Shown in pieces: positions 63,100-64,000 of a DNA stretch of 64,000 nucleotides (its first letter is position 1; every line of letters begins with the position of its first letter). The stretch is from assembly GCF_000143415.4 (NCBI RefSeq), contig NW_003314321.1, positions 248,001 through 312,000 of the forward strand, read 5' to 3'. A program made the translations under genes and the position numbers. The stretch comes from Selaginella moellendorffii (taxonomy: Eukaryota > Plantae > Lycopodiophyta). Below the pieces are notes generated by a model. That model did no database searches, was not told where the DNA came from, and saw nothing but the letters and a program-made list of their open reading frames with translations.

Positions 63100-64000
63100 T
63101 TAATATTTGCCTCATGTTGTGAAAGAATAGTTTAAATCAAATTGTAATTTCCCATTTGTTTAAGTTGGCAGTATTTGATCTAATTAGGCCTTTTTTATTG
63201 TCAACTACTAGTAATGAATATGTCATTATTGCTTTTGAGTACTTGACTCATTAAGTGGAAGTTGGTGTTTTTGCTAATATATCTAACTATTATTGGATAC
63301 TTCCTCCATAATCCAATGATATTATAGCATTCTTGTCTAGAGTGAATTTGCAAAAATAATAGTCTTACATTTATAGCTGAGGTGTTTTATATATTGATGT
63401 TTTAGTTAGAGATATATCACACTTTCACGAGTGTTTATTATCCACAGTGGTGGAATGACTTATTCAAACTTTTAAGGGGATATCATAAACTAAATAAACT
63501 TTAAGCATTTGAATTATAATAGTTTGTTGCCATATCCTAGTATGCATATATTATATGGGTATAGAGTTTTATTGGTGTTTCACCATATACACTCTTATAT
63601 GGTCATAATTTTATATTGCTAAATTTACTTTTACAATTGCCACGAGCTATTGCAGGATTAATATTTAATATTCTTTCACTAGTTTGAGTGGAGTCTACTA
63701 AACACATAGCCTGTATATATGTGGGATAACAACAACTCTCATCATTATCCACTTACTAAGTACAAAGTGGATAACTCAGTGTTCATTCATTTTCTTAATC
63801 TTATGATATATAATTTATCTAAGTGACTCTTTACCTAATGAAAGGGACCATGTCAAATGTTTTAGCGAGTTGAACTATAAATTTATAAGGTTCATTACAA
63901 CAATAAGCCAATCTTCTAGAAATTATATATGTACAATGACTAAAGGGTATCATCCCAACCCATCAAGAAAAGAACTCTAATTGACTTCCATCTTTCCAAG
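63100..64000 (+). pseudogene. Highly decayed family-A gypsy integrase
   Basis: gcagtatttgatctaattaggcc...aatgaatatgtcattattgct...gaagttggtg aligns with FDLIGP..NEYVIIA..VEVG of the 30.8-kb integrase. Confidence 0.75.

Overview
Eukaryotic land-plant nuclear DNA. The very short introns, compact GC-rich genes and TE types suggest a Selaginella-like lycophyte (inference). Region 1-23.4 kb is a three-level TE nest: an old Ty3/gypsy (family A) is split by a non-autonomous short-LTR element (family B), whose 5' LTR is split at a TTAA site by a 13.3-kb TIR DNA transposon (1906-15251). That transposon is the highlight. It carries a Sola-like DDD transposase and a divergent multi-exon gene that splices in frame into a protein of about 1,600 aa: ParB/Srx-like domain + degenerate beta-class amino-methyltransferase-like fold + acidic/repeat linker + FCP1/NIF-like HAD phosphatase. 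It also holds more than 20 copies of a 22-bp palindrome (ATGGCRTGWGGCCWCAYGCCAT) that I saw nowhere else in the window. Region 23.6-56 kb is gene-dense: NEPRO/RMP1-like, NSA2, RPP0, PPR, 2OG dioxygenase, KORRIGAN, DUF4050, SpoU rRNA methyltransferase, APX3, transaldolase, TIP41-like-family and F-box genes, plus a full-length gypsy copy and a tRNA-Phe pseudogene. Region 56.4-64 kb is AT-rich decayed TE sequence. All domain calls come from motif recognition by eye, not from database searches.
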